From contig BPGG01000001.1 of assembly GCA_026002915.1 (NCBI GenBank), positions 1,574,463 through 1,638,462 of the forward strand: DNA of 64,000 nt. Direction: 5' to 3'. Both the position numbers and the translations under genes were made by a program. How positions within the stretch are numbered: position 1 is the stretch's first letter; each line of letters opens with the position of its first letter. The notes beneath the pieces were generated by a model. That model was not told the origin of the DNA. It saw only the letters and a program-made list of their open reading frames with translations, and searched no databases. The stretch comes from Acidimicrobiales bacterium. GTDB taxonomy: Bacteria > Actinomycetota > Acidimicrobiia > Acidimicrobiales > BPGG01. Positions 39,708 to 48,315 of the stretch are shown here, piece by piece.

Positions 39708-40525
39708 AAGAAGTGTTGCCGGCCGAACGCCTAGCACGCGACGAGCGGTTCGTGAGGGTAGATCTCGCAGAGCGGCTAGCGGACCGACGAAATGCCCAGG
39801 CGCCGAGTCGGCGGGGTAGGCAGCGGATAGCCATGGATCCTTCCCGGCCCGAGGCCCCTGACGCGGCTCGCTCGCTGATGCACGGGATATTCATGGGCGA
39901 GCTTCAGGCGATGGAAGGGGCCGGGAGGACGTGTTGGGATTTCGAGGTCGGAGAGGAAGTCCCCTTTGCTTTGAAACTGGACATGGCGCGCCAGTGTTGG
40001 GACGAGGCGAGGCACGTGGAGATCTCCTGCAAGCTCGCCGATTGGATGGGGACTGAGATCGGGGAGTTCGCCGAGGCTACCTTCCTCTACGAAGCTGCGT
40101 GCAACCCGGATCCCGTGCTTCGGCTGACGGGGGTGAACCGGGCGTTGGAAGGTCTGGCCATAGACGTGTTCAACACCATGAGGGATTTCGGTGCGGCTTG
40201 CGATGACCCGATCCTGACTTTTTGCGAGGACTGGATGCTCGCCGACGAGGTGACCCACGTGAAGATGGGCTCCGACTGGCTGAGGCGCCTCACAGAAGAC
40301 GACCCGGAGAGGCGTCAACGGGCACTGGAATTCCAGCGGGTGGTCGACAAGCTGTTCTCGCTCGGGGGCGCACGAGGAGAAGAAGAGGACAGTCCCATAA
40401 AGCTCGCTCGGCGTTTCCGAGAGATGGCGGGTTTCGACACGTCCGAGATAGACGAGATCGCAGAGCTCTCTCGCCAAGCGCGACACGAGACGCGGGCAGG
40501 CGCGCCCGGTGCCTACGGAGGCTGA
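39704..40525 (+). CDS. Ferritin-like di-iron carboxylate protein (DUF455-like)
   Basis: ATGA overlap with the upstream gene. E/ExxH/E/ExxH pattern: GELQAMEGAG, WDEARHVE, NRALEGLAIDV, LADEVTHVKMG. Confidence 0.7.
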   Translation: MKEVLPAERLARDERFVRVDLAERLADRRNAQAPSRRGRQRIAMDPSRPEAPDAARSLMHGIFMGELQAMEGAGRTCWDFEVGEEVPFALKLDMARQCWDEARHVEISCKLADWMGTEIGEFAEATFLYEAACNPDPVLRLTGVNRALEGLAIDVFNTMRDFGAACDDPILTFCEDWMLADEVTHVKMGSDWLRRLTEDDPERRQRALEFQRVVDKLFSLGGARGEEEDSPIKLARRFREMAGFDTSEIDEIAELSRQARHETRAGAPGAYGG

Positions 40526-40545
40526 ACTTTTTCGGTGCCGGTGCC

Positions 40546-41097
40546 ATGGCTGACGTCATCGTCGAGCCGGATCACTTCGAGCTCGTCCTGTTCGATCCTC
40601 TCGAGGTCCGAGAAGTGGTTCGAGACGTGGTCGAGCGACTGTCGTTCCCCCACGGCGGCAGTCTCGTGGTCTCGGTGGACGAGACGAGTCCTCTGGGCAG
40701 GGTTCGTGTGGTCGACGGCAGGCCCTTGCGGCTCGAAGTCGAGAGCGGCGCGTTCGAGGACCCCAAGCGACCCCGGCATTTCTCTCGAGAAATCGCTTCG
40801 GGCGTCGTGGGTCGCACGTTGCTGATGGAGCGCGACAGGCGCGATCCCGCCTTCGCAGGTCCCGATCCCACGGGCGATCCCACGCTGTCGGAGAGGACGG
40901 CGTGGATGGTTTGGGCTGTGGCCCGACTGGCGAGGATGGGTTTTCCCGTGAACCCCGGCCGCTGGCGCTACCACTTCAGGATCCGTTGTGGGTTCACCGA
41001 CGCTTCCGACGAATGCTTCGACAGGATCTGGAACGCAGAATCGCTCACGTGGCCGGAACTGTCGGATATGGTCGCACGCTGCTCTTCGAATCGATAG
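40546..41097 (+). CDS. Hypothetical protein (183 aa), third gene of the ferritin-like operon
   Basis: ATG lies 20 nt after the upstream stop. High GC3. No recognisable motif. Confidence 0.5.
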   Translation: MADVIVEPDHFELVLFDPLEVREVVRDVVERLSFPHGGSLVVSVDETSPLGRVRVVDGRPLRLEVESGAFEDPKRPRHFSREIASGVVGRTLLMERDRRDPAFAGPDPTGDPTLSERTAWMVWAVARLARMGFPVNPGRWRYHFRIRCGFTDASDECFDRIWNAESLTWPELSDMVARCSSNR

Positions 41098-41151
41098 CAG
41101 TCGCCGCGTCCAGGAGGCCCACAAATCTGTGGGGCGAGGCAGATTAGCCGA

Positions 41152-41529
41152 TCAGAAGAGGTCGTGGGCCGAGACGGACTCCAACAAGTCGATCTGTGGT
41201 GGGCGAGTGAGCAGACCGCGGCACGATTCGGCCATCTCCACCATCTCCTTGGAGTCGAAGTGACGTCGCTGAGCCTCGTGCGATGCCCATTTCTCCACGA
41301 CGACGAATCTTCGGCGGTCCGTCACCGACAGCGCGAAGTCGATGTTCCGACAACCTTCGTGTCGGCGACTCATGACGACGTACTTTGCGAGGACCTTGGC
41401 CAGTTCGGCAGGTCGAGCCGCCTCGAAGATCATGGTGACCAGCACTATCTCCGGTGAGGCTTCCGCGCGCTCGTGGTCCGTTTCCGGCTTACTGCACGGC
41501 TGCGGTCCGGCTTCACCGGAGGAGTCCAC
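41152..41529 (-). CDS. ABM-domain (antibiotic biosynthesis monooxygenase-like) protein
   Basis: RRFVVVEKWASHEAQRRHFDS is typical of YgiN/ABM ferredoxin-like folds. The N-terminal ~25 aa are uncertain. Confidence 0.65.
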   Translation of the reverse strand: MDSSGEAGPQPCSKPETDHERAEASPEIVLVTMIFEAARPAELAKVLAKYVVMSRRHEGCRNIDFALSVTDRRRFVVVEKWASHEAQRRHFDSKEMVEMAESCRGLLTRPPQIDLLESVSAHDLF

Positions 41530-41680
41530 GGACAGCCACCCTACACCTATCCCGTCGTGTAGCCGTCCCGCGTCCGTCCTCGAGGGCCTCCACTCGGCAT
41601 CTAGGGCGCACTCGGCCTCCGGAAGGCGAACGACCTGGCCGGACCCCGGTGTGTCGGGCGGCTTGTCGACATGCGGCGTG

Positions 41681-41708
41681 TTGACTAAATGCGGCCGTTC
41701 TGTATCGT
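41681..41708 (+). promoter_or_regulatory. Candidate sigma-70-type promoter TTGACT-N16-TATCGT upstream of the sigma factor gene
   Basis: -35 at 41681..41686 and -10 at 41703..41708. This implies a ~125-nt 5' UTR before the GTG at 41841. Confidence 0.3.
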
Positions 41709-41840
41709 AAACATCGCCGTGGCGATGCCGACTGGAGACTCGACCAGCACCCCAGGATCGTTCTCCGGCGGCCTGTGTATCTGAGGATCGGAATCACGCA
41801 TGACACGGATCGCGGTTCGGTCGAGAGGAGAGGGCTGACT

Positions 41841-42779
41841 GTGGCGAAAGAACGTGTAGAAAGAGACGAAGAAGACCTGGTGCGTCTCTACCTCACGGAC
41901 ATCGGTCAGTACCAGCTGCTCACGAAAGAAGACGAGGTCAGGCTCGCGCAAGAGATCGAGGCCGGCAAAGCCGCACGCAAGGAGCTCGAGTCTTCCAACG
42001 GCAAGCTGTCGGCGGCCAGACGGAGGGAGCTCAGGAGACTCATCCAGAAGGGTGAGAAGGCAGAGAGGGCGTTCGTCCAGTCGAATCTCCGTCTCGTCGT
42101 GTCGATCGCCAAGAAGTACCAAGCTTCGGGTCTCCCGCTTCTCGATCTGATCCAGGAAGGGAACCTCGGCTTGATGCACGCGGTCGAGAAGTTCGACTGG
42201 CGCAAGGGGTTCAAGTTCTCGACGTACGCCACGTGGTGGATCAGGCAGGCGATCACTCGCGGGATCGCGAACACCGGTAGGACCATCCGTTTGCCGGTCC
42301 ACGCAGGTGACACGCTGGCTCGGTTGCAGAAGGCGAGATCTCGCTTGGAGTTGCGAGAGGGGCGGCCTCCCACCCTAAGCGAGCTCGCCGAAGAGGTCGA
42401 GATGCCTGAGGACAAGGTCGTGGAGGCGCTCCGCTTCGCCTCCGAACCCATCTCTCTCTCCGAGCCCCTGCGCGAAGACGGGGACGCCGAGCTGGGTGAC
42501 GTCGTGGAGGACCGCTCCGCCGAGTCGCCCTTCGAGGTTGCGGCGACTGCTCTGCTCCCAGAAGAGATCGAGCGACTCCTGAAGCCCTTGGACGAACGTG
42601 AGCGCGAGATCCTGAAACTCCGGTTCGGTCTCGATCGCGGCGAGCCCCGTACGCTGGAGGAGGTCGGCGAGCACTTCAAATTGACGAGGGAGAGGATTCG
42701 GCAGATAGAGGCACGAGCGATGTCGAAGCTGCGCCATCCCTCGAGCGACACGGGTGCACGGGACCTTCTGGCCGTCTAG
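41841..42779 (+). CDS. RpoD-family sigma-70 factor (group 1/2, no long region 1.1)
   Basis: GTG follows GAGGAGAGGG. Motifs DLIQEGNLGLMHAVEKFD, YATWWIRQAITR, RERIRQIEARAMSKLRHP. Confidence 0.9.
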   Translation: MAKERVERDEEDLVRLYLTDIGQYQLLTKEDEVRLAQEIEAGKAARKELESSNGKLSAARRRELRRLIQKGEKAERAFVQSNLRLVVSIAKKYQASGLPLLDLIQEGNLGLMHAVEKFDWRKGFKFSTYATWWIRQAITRGIANTGRTIRLPVHAGDTLARLQKARSRLELREGRPPTLSELAEEVEMPEDKVVEALRFASEPISLSEPLREDGDAELGDVVEDRSAESPFEVAATALLPEEIERLLKPLDEREREILKLRFGLDRGEPRTLEEVGEHFKLTRERIRQIEARAMSKLRHPSSDTGARDLLAV

Positions 42780-43732
42780 TGTCGCATCCGTGAAGAGACT
42801 GTTCGTTCTCGCGTTGATTGCTGCCGCCGTCGTGATCGCGGTGAAGAGGATTCGGGCGGCCGACGAAGCCGTACAGCACTGATCGTCCTGATCCGAAGCG
42901 CTGCAGCGCCCGTTCCTCCGGCACGCGACCCTGCTCGCCCGGCGATGGTGGAGCGGAGGCCGGGACGCCGTGTCTGCCACAAGTGGTACAGCGAGGCTCC
43001 TGCGACGACGACGACGAACGCTCCGGCCAATCGTCTCGACGGCAGTGGCACCTTCTCACGGAGTGGCACCGGGTTGCGGAACGTCCTTATGGGCCACCGA
43101 TTCCTCCTCGCCCATTTCGCCAGTGGACGATCGGGGTTCACTGCCACGGGATGGCCGACGGCTCGCAGCATGGGGAGGTCGGTGAAGGAATCCGAGTAGG
43201 CCCACGAACGGGCGAGGTCGATGCCCAGCCGCCTAGCAGCGGCTCTCACGGCCTCTGCCTTGGCGGCACCAGCCGCGTAAAACTCCACCTCTCCCGAATA
43301 GCGCCCTTCTTCGTCGACCCGGGCCTTCGTCGCGATCACCTCGTCGACCCCGAGGTATCGGGCCAGGGGTGCCACTATCTCTTCAGGTGAGGCCGAGACC
43401 AGGAAGACGCGCCGCCCCGCCTTCTTGTGCTCTTCGATCAACTCGAGCGCTTCCGAGTAGACGATGGGGTCGATCACCTCGTGAAGCGTGTCTTGCACGA
43501 TCCGCATGACCTTTTCGCGGGGCCAGCCCTTCGTCACGCGCAGGGCAGACTCCCGGATCCTCCGGAGTCGCTCTTCGTCGGCTCCGAAGAGGCTGAAGAC
43601 CATCCTGCCCCACAGGGCGCGTAGGAGCAGCCAGCGGTCGATCATCCCCTCGCGGTAGAAGGGACGCCCGAAGGCCGCGATCGAGGGTTTGGCGATGACC
43701 GTCTTGTCCAGGTCGAAGAAGGCCGCCTCCAC
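42776..43732 (-). CDS. HAD-IB family hydrolase (SerB-like) with C-terminal TM anchor
   Basis: FFDLDKTV motif I, LVSASPEE, and YSDSFTDLPML motif IV. The GTG at 43732 is the only start codon near motif I. The upstream 660 nt of the track ORF are discarded. Confidence 0.75.
   Translation of the reverse strand: MEAAFFDLDKTVIAKPSIAAFGRPFYREGMIDRWLLLRALWGRMVFSLFGADEERLRRIRESALRVTKGWPREKVMRIVQDTLHEVIDPIVYSEALELIEEHKKAGRRVFLVSASPEEIVAPLARYLGVDEVIATKARVDEEGRYSGEVEFYAAGAAKAEAVRAAARRLGIDLARSWAYSDSFTDLPMLRAVGHPVAVNPDRPLAKWARRNRWPIRTFRNPVPLREKVPLPSRRLAGAFVVVVAGASLYHLWQTRRPGLRSTIAGRAGSRAGGTGAAALRIRTISAVRLRRPPESSSPRSRRRQQSTRERTVSSRMRH
42790..42882 (+). CDS. Candidate 30-aa single-TM peptide
   Basis: GTG lies 11 nt after the sigma gene stop. 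Translation VKRLFVLALIAAAVVIAVKRIRAADEAVQH. It is antisense to the low-complexity C-terminal tail of the HAD-IB gene. Confidence 0.25.
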   Translation: MKRLFVLALIAAAVVIAVKRIRAADEAVQH

Positions 43733-43823
43733 CGTTACGAGACTAGGGGCACGCTCCGGGAGCTTGAGTTCTTCGGTCGGCCGAAGGCTCAGATGCGAAA
43801 TCGGAGTCGTCGACCGAAGGACG

Positions 43824-43852
43824 TTGTCGCCGCGGCCCGAGCCCTGTATCGT
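43824..43852 (+). promoter_or_regulatory. Candidate promoter TTGTCG-N17-TATCGT upstream of the tad operon
   Basis: Located in the 288-nt divergent spacer. The -10 hexamer is identical to the one upstream of the sigma gene. Confidence 0.3.
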
Positions 43853-44020
43853 CGCAAAGGTCTTCGGAAGGCTTTCGGCCTCCTCTTGGTTTGCCCGGCG
43901 GTTGTCTCGTGAGGGTGACGTGAAGCCCTCCCTGCCCACTCGGAGGTCGCTCCGTCTGTGAGCGTCACCGGCTGAGTCACCTCCCCCGTGAACTCCAGAC
44001 ACCCGCGCGTGGGAGGTGGG

Positions 44021-44791
44021 ATGCTGATCTGCTGTTGGTCGCCGAAGGGAGGCACCGGTACCACTGTCGTCGCCGCAGGTGTCGCCTGCCTCAGGTCGGA
44101 GAGCAAGCCCACGCTCCTGGTCGATCTCGGAGGAGACATGTCCCTGCTCTTTCAATCGGAGACTTCTCCTCCGGCAGTGGGACTCGACGATTGGTTGGCA
44201 TGCGCCGAGCCGCCGCCCCCCGATGCCCTGGCCCGGCTGGAGCACCCCGTGTCGGGCGGGGTGATTTCGTTGCTGACGACCGTTGCGAGCAGGCAAAGGG
44301 TACGTGACACCGACGCGCCCCGGTCGCCCGACCGTCGACGAGATCGGAGCGTGGTACCCGGGGCGGATTCCCCTGCGGCTCGTGTTTCGGGCCGGCATTT
44401 GGAGTCGCGGACGGCCGAGTTGGTGGACATCCTCGCGTCGGAATCGCGCGACGTGGTCGTCGACGCCGGTCCCGCCGCCAGAGCGGGGGACTCGGCATTG
44501 TCGCAGTTGTGGAGTGCCTTGCAGCCGCGGGCGGACCTGGTGCTCCTGGTCGTGCGCCCGTGCGTCATCGCCCTTCGACGTGCGCTCGACAGCGCCGTCG
44601 AATCCACGGGAGTAGTTGTGGTACGGGACGAGGGGAGGTCGCTCGACTCTCGCGACGTGGCGGAGGTGCTCGGCCTCCCGGTGCTCGCCGAGATACCCGT
44701 CGATCCGTCCATCGCCGTGGCAGTGGACGCCGGTCTGTTCTCCTCACGCCCGCCTCGCAAGCTGCTCCGGGCCCTGAGGAGCCTCTCGTGA
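44021..44791 (+). CDS. Ssd/CpaE(TadZ)-like ParA-type ATPase of the Tad locus
   Basis: MLICCWSPKGGTGTTVVAAG deviant Walker A. First gene of the tad operon. Confidence 0.75.
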   Translation: MLICCWSPKGGTGTTVVAAGVACLRSESKPTLLVDLGGDMSLLFQSETSPPAVGLDDWLACAEPPPPDALARLEHPVSGGVISLLTTVASRQRVRDTDAPRSPDRRRDRSVVPGADSPAARVSGRHLESRTAELVDILASESRDVVVDAGPAARAGDSALSQLWSALQPRADLVLLVVRPCVIALRRALDSAVESTGVVVVRDEGRSLDSRDVAEVLGLPVLAEIPVDPSIAVAVDAGLFSSRPPRKLLRALRSLS

Positions 44792-45993
44792 CGGCCTTCT
44801 CTCCCGGGTCGGAGCTGGTCGAGCTCGTGTGTTCGCGCCTTCGTGACGAGCTCGACAACCGTGGTCGAGTGTCGGACGACGAGAAGCGAGCCCTGGCTCG
44901 TGAGGTCATCCGCCGCCAAGCGCCTTTGCTCGGCGGGCGCGCCGTCGAACGCACCGTGCGGGAGGTCACGGCACGTCTGGGGGGTCTGGGCCCCATCGAG
45001 CAGCTGCTGGACGACCCGGACGTGACCGACGTGCTCGTAAACGGAGCCGGTCCGGTCTGGGTCGAGCGCAACGGGGAGCTCCTGAGGACGGACATCCATC
45101 TCGAGGGTCCAGCCGTGCGAATGCTCGTCGAGCGGCTCGTCGCGGCAGCCGGCAGGCGCGTCGACAGGAGTTCTCCTGTAGCCGACGTGCTCCTCGCCGA
45201 CGGCTCTCGAGCGAACATCGTGGTGGATCCCGTGGCCGTCGATGGTCCCTACATCTCCATCAGGCGCTTCAGCGTGCGACCCGTCCCTGTCGAAGTGTTC
45301 GCTCATCCAGAAGTCGCTGACCTGCTGCGCGAAGCAGTGAGAAGACGAGCCAACGTGGTGATCTCGGGAGCGACGGGTGCCGGCAAGACGACACTGCTGA
45401 ACGCCCTCGCTGCGTGCTTCGACCCGTCGGAGAGGGTGGTGACGATCGAGGACGTCGCCGAGCTGCGACTGCAACACGCACACGTCGTGCGACTCGAAGC
45501 GAGGCCCGCGAACGTGGACGGGGCCGGCGAGGTGACCGTGGGCCAGCTCTTCAAGAACGCCCTCAGGATGCGACCAGACCGGATAGTGGTGGGCGAGGTT
45601 CGCGGTGCGGAGGTGCTCCAGATGCTTCACGCCATGAACACCGGCCACGAGGGATCGTTGACCACATGCCATGCGAACGGACCCGAAGATGCGCTCAGGC
45701 GGCTCGAGCTGCTGGCCCTATCGGCCGGCGATCCGCTTCCACCGGCGACCGTGCGGAGTCTGCTCGCCACCTGCATCGACCTGATGGTTCACGTCCGCAA
45801 GACCGAGCGCGGCGAGCGGCGAGTCAGCTCCGTCTGCCTGGTGGAAGCCTCCCGGGGCAGCCGACCCCGGCTCCTGCCACTGTTCGGTGAGCGAGGCCGC
45901 CATCGTCGGGTCTCGCCGTTGGCCGGTCGGTCGGGCGTGCGCTCTGAAAGGCGCTCCGGCAAAGAGGAAGCGAACCGGGGGGAGCCGTGTTGA
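44788..45993 (+). CDS. tadA: Tad/CpaF-type secretion ATPase
   Basis: GTGA overlap with the upstream stop. ISGATGAGKTTLLNAL, RPDRIVVGEVRG and GHEGSLTTCHAN. Confidence 0.9.
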   Translation: MTAFSPGSELVELVCSRLRDELDNRGRVSDDEKRALAREVIRRQAPLLGGRAVERTVREVTARLGGLGPIEQLLDDPDVTDVLVNGAGPVWVERNGELLRTDIHLEGPAVRMLVERLVAAAGRRVDRSSPVADVLLADGSRANIVVDPVAVDGPYISIRRFSVRPVPVEVFAHPEVADLLREAVRRRANVVISGATGAGKTTLLNALAACFDPSERVVTIEDVAELRLQHAHVVRLEARPANVDGAGEVTVGQLFKNALRMRPDRIVVGEVRGAEVLQMLHAMNTGHEGSLTTCHANGPEDALRRLELLALSAGDPLPPATVRSLLATCIDLMVHVRKTERGERRVSSVCLVEASRGSRPRLLPLFGERGRHRRVSPLAGRSGVRSERRSGKEEANRGEPC

Positions 45994-46619
45994 GGGAGTC
46001 CCGATCTGTGTGGCGGCCGTCGAAGGTCTCGGAACTCGTCGTCTCGCGTGCCCGCTGTGCTCTTTTGGGGACCTGCGGGGGAGCTCCGGATGAAAGGGTC
46101 GCGGAGGTACTGGAGGCGATCGCCTCCGGCCTACGGGCGGGACGGCCCTTGGACGAGATCCTCGATGACGCGGGTCGAGCCGTCGGAGGAGTCCTGGGGG
46201 ACGACGCCATGACCGCCGCAGCGAGACTCCGAGGCGGCGTTCCTATACGGGAAGTTCTGCGTCGCTGGTCGGAGGTCAGGGCAGGAAGCGGGCTCGAGCT
46301 GGGTCTGGCCGTGTTGGAGGTAGGTATCGAGGTGGGAGGGCATCGTGCCGCCGCGTTGGACGCGGTGGCCAAGACCCTCAGAGATCGCAGGGCTGCCGAG
46401 TTGGAGGTGCGCGTGCACTCGACCCAGGCACGCTTGTCGGCGCTCGTGACCTGCACGGTACCGCTGCTGTTCGGATTCGTGAGCTTCCTGGCGGTTCCCG
46501 GCGCTCTACATGGTGCTCTCGGAACCCTGGCGGGTCGCTGCGCGTTGGGGATCGCCCTCGTGCTGGAGTGGGTCGGCGTCGTCTGGACGAGACGCATCAT
46601 CCGAGAGGCCGTGGGTTGA
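45987..46619 (+). CDS. tadB: TadB-like type II secretion F-domain membrane protein
   Basis: Overlaps the tadA stop. LRAGRPLDEIL...helical T2SSF repeat plus a C-terminal TM pair. Confidence 0.7.
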   Translation: MLRESRSVWRPSKVSELVVSRARCALLGTCGGAPDERVAEVLEAIASGLRAGRPLDEILDDAGRAVGGVLGDDAMTAAARLRGGVPIREVLRRWSEVRAGSGLELGLAVLEVGIEVGGHRAAALDAVAKTLRDRRAAELEVRVHSTQARLSALVTCTVPLLFGFVSFLAVPGALHGALGTLAGRCALGIALVLEWVGVVWTRRIIREAVG

Positions 46620-47308
46620 GTCCCAGGGTGATCTTGGGGTGCTGCATGGCGGTGTCGCTCATCGCGGCAGCTCCGAGCGGGACGACGCTTGTCGTCGGTA
46701 CGTGGGCCCTCAGAGCAGGCCGAGACAGACGCTCGCACGTGGCCGTTGCAGCGCTGTTGATGGCTGCAAAGCCGGCGTTGTTGGCGGTTGCCGTATCTCT
46801 GTTCGTACCGATGGCGGCCCATCGGAAATTCTCCGAGCGCTCCGCCAAACGTCGGCGGGAACGGAGACTGATCGAGGCGCTGCCCGAAGTGGCAGAACTG
46901 CTCTCCCTCTGCACGGGATCGGGACTGTCGGTCATAGATGCCGTGAGAGTGGCGTCGAGGGCGTCGCCCCTGCCGGTCCGCGGCGAACTGGCACAGGCGT
47001 TGCGGGACTTCGAAGCCGGGAGGCCACTAGCAGAGTCTCTCGAGGCGATCCCGTCTCGGCTGACGGAAGAGATCCGACCGCTCGTGTCGGTGCTGAGGTC
47101 CGCTCTCCTCGACGGAGTGCCGCCCTCGGCACCGCTGGCCGTCCTGGCAGCCGAATGGCGAGCACGAAGACGGGCGATGGCTCAAGAACGTGCACGGGCC
47201 GTGAGCGTGAGGCTCCTAGGCCCTCTGGTGATCTGCTTCCTGCCCGCAGCCGTCTTGTCCGGACTGGTCCCCGTCGTCGCCGGTCTGCTCCGAGACCTGC
47301 ACATGTGA
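46616..47308 (+). CDS. tadC: TadC-like type II secretion F-domain membrane protein
   Basis: TTGA overlap (alternative GTG at 46628). LPEVAELLSLCTGSGLSVIDAV...FEAGRPLAESL. Confidence 0.7.
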   Translation: MSPRVILGCCMAVSLIAAAPSGTTLVVGTWALRAGRDRRSHVAVAALLMAAKPALLAVAVSLFVPMAAHRKFSERSAKRRRERRLIEALPEVAELLSLCTGSGLSVIDAVRVASRASPLPVRGELAQALRDFEAGRPLAESLEAIPSRLTEEIRPLVSVLRSALLDGVPPSAPLAVLAAEWRARRRAMAQERARAVSVRLLGPLVICFLPAAVLSGLVPVVAGLLRDLHM

Positions 47309-47365
47309 GCACGGGCTCGGCAGCGGCACTTCCCCCAACGAGGACAAGCGCCGAGGAGGTGTGTC

Positions 47366-47641
47366 ATGCCGTCTCGAACCGCTGGTTCAGCCAGATCCGC
47401 TCATTCGGCCTGGTCGTCGACCGACCGGTGCCGCCCGAGGCGTGCCTGCCCATCACGGGAACGGGCGCCCTCGGAAGAAGTACTCGGCTGGGACGAAGGT
47501 CAGACCACGGCGGAGTACGCACTCGTGCTGCTCGGGGCGGCTGCGATGGCGATGCTCCTTTTCGCCTGGGCGAGCCGTACAAAGGCGATCGGCCGTCTCC
47601 TCGACGCCGTGCTCGACAGCATCATCGGCCGGATCACGTGA
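47366..47641 (+). CDS. Flp-type prepilin (DUF4244-like) with long leader
   Basis: ATG lies 6 nt after GAGGAGG. G/QTTAEYALVLLGAAAMAMLL processing motif plus a hydrophobic helix. There is no alternative start codon between the ATG and the motif. Confidence 0.7.
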   Translation: MPSRTAGSARSAHSAWSSTDRCRPRRACPSRERAPSEEVLGWDEGQTTAEYALVLLGAAAMAMLLFAWASRTKAIGRLLDAVLDSIIGRIT

Positions 47642-48186
47642 ACGCTGTTGCTCCCACGGGCGCCCCCGGTGCGACGGCGGTCGGTCTCGAGGCCGGTGAC
47701 CGGCCGCCGCCCCGACGTCCGGGCGGCATCGTGGGAGGTCGCGGTGTGCGGGGTAGCCCGCGAGAACGGCTCGCCCAGCGTTGCTCTGGTCAGGCGACGG
47801 CCGAATTCGCTCTCCTGCTCCCCATGGTCGTCGTGGCGATGCTCGCGATCGTCCAAGTAGCCCGCGTCGCGTTGGATGCCGTGGCACTGGCGCATGCCGT
47901 CCGTGAAGCCGCCCGTGCGTTCTCGATCGACCCGCGGACTGCAGCCGCTCGGGCTGCGGCAGAGAAGGCCACGAAGCTCCTGAAACCGGAACGAATCCGG
48001 GTCCGAGTGTCGGGAGAAGCCCGGCCGGGTGGACTCGCCACGGTGCGGCTGGATTACCGGTCTCCGACAGACGTTCCTTTGGTCGGTGGCCTGGTGGGAG
48101 ACACGCGTCTGCAAGCCGAGGTGACCGTGGTCGTCGAAGCGTGGCACCACTCTTTCGGATCGTCGCGTGACGAGGCGCGTCCTTGA
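47638..48186 (+). CDS. TadE-like pseudopilin/assembly protein
   Basis: GTGA overlap with the upstream stop. GQATAEFALLLPMVVVAMLAIVQV TadE N-terminal motif. The true start may be further downstream. Confidence 0.7.
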   Translation: MNAVAPTGAPGATAVGLEAGDRPPPRRPGGIVGGRGVRGSPRERLAQRCSGQATAEFALLLPMVVVAMLAIVQVARVALDAVALAHAVREAARAFSIDPRTAAARAAAEKATKLLKPERIRVRVSGEARPGGLATVRLDYRSPTDVPLVGGLVGDTRLQAEVTVVVEAWHHSFGSSRDEARP

Positions 48187-48315
48187 GGTCTGATCGCGGC
48201 GACGGCGAGCATGAAACGACCCGGCGAGCGACTCAGTAAAGACGTCTCGGAACGGTTCGGCTGCTCTTCGTTAACGTAAAGTCGTGGAAGAAGGCCGAGG
48301 CGATCGTTCGGGCCC

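Noticed and set aside
48183-48239. 18-codon TTGA-coupled ORF (LRSDRGDGEHETTRRATQ) as a possible remnant of an Rv3654c-type TadE-like gene.
   Set aside because: The only resemblance is a DRG tripeptide. No hydrophobic segment follows in any frame, and it is too short to call a pseudogene. It is kept only as context in the junction finding.
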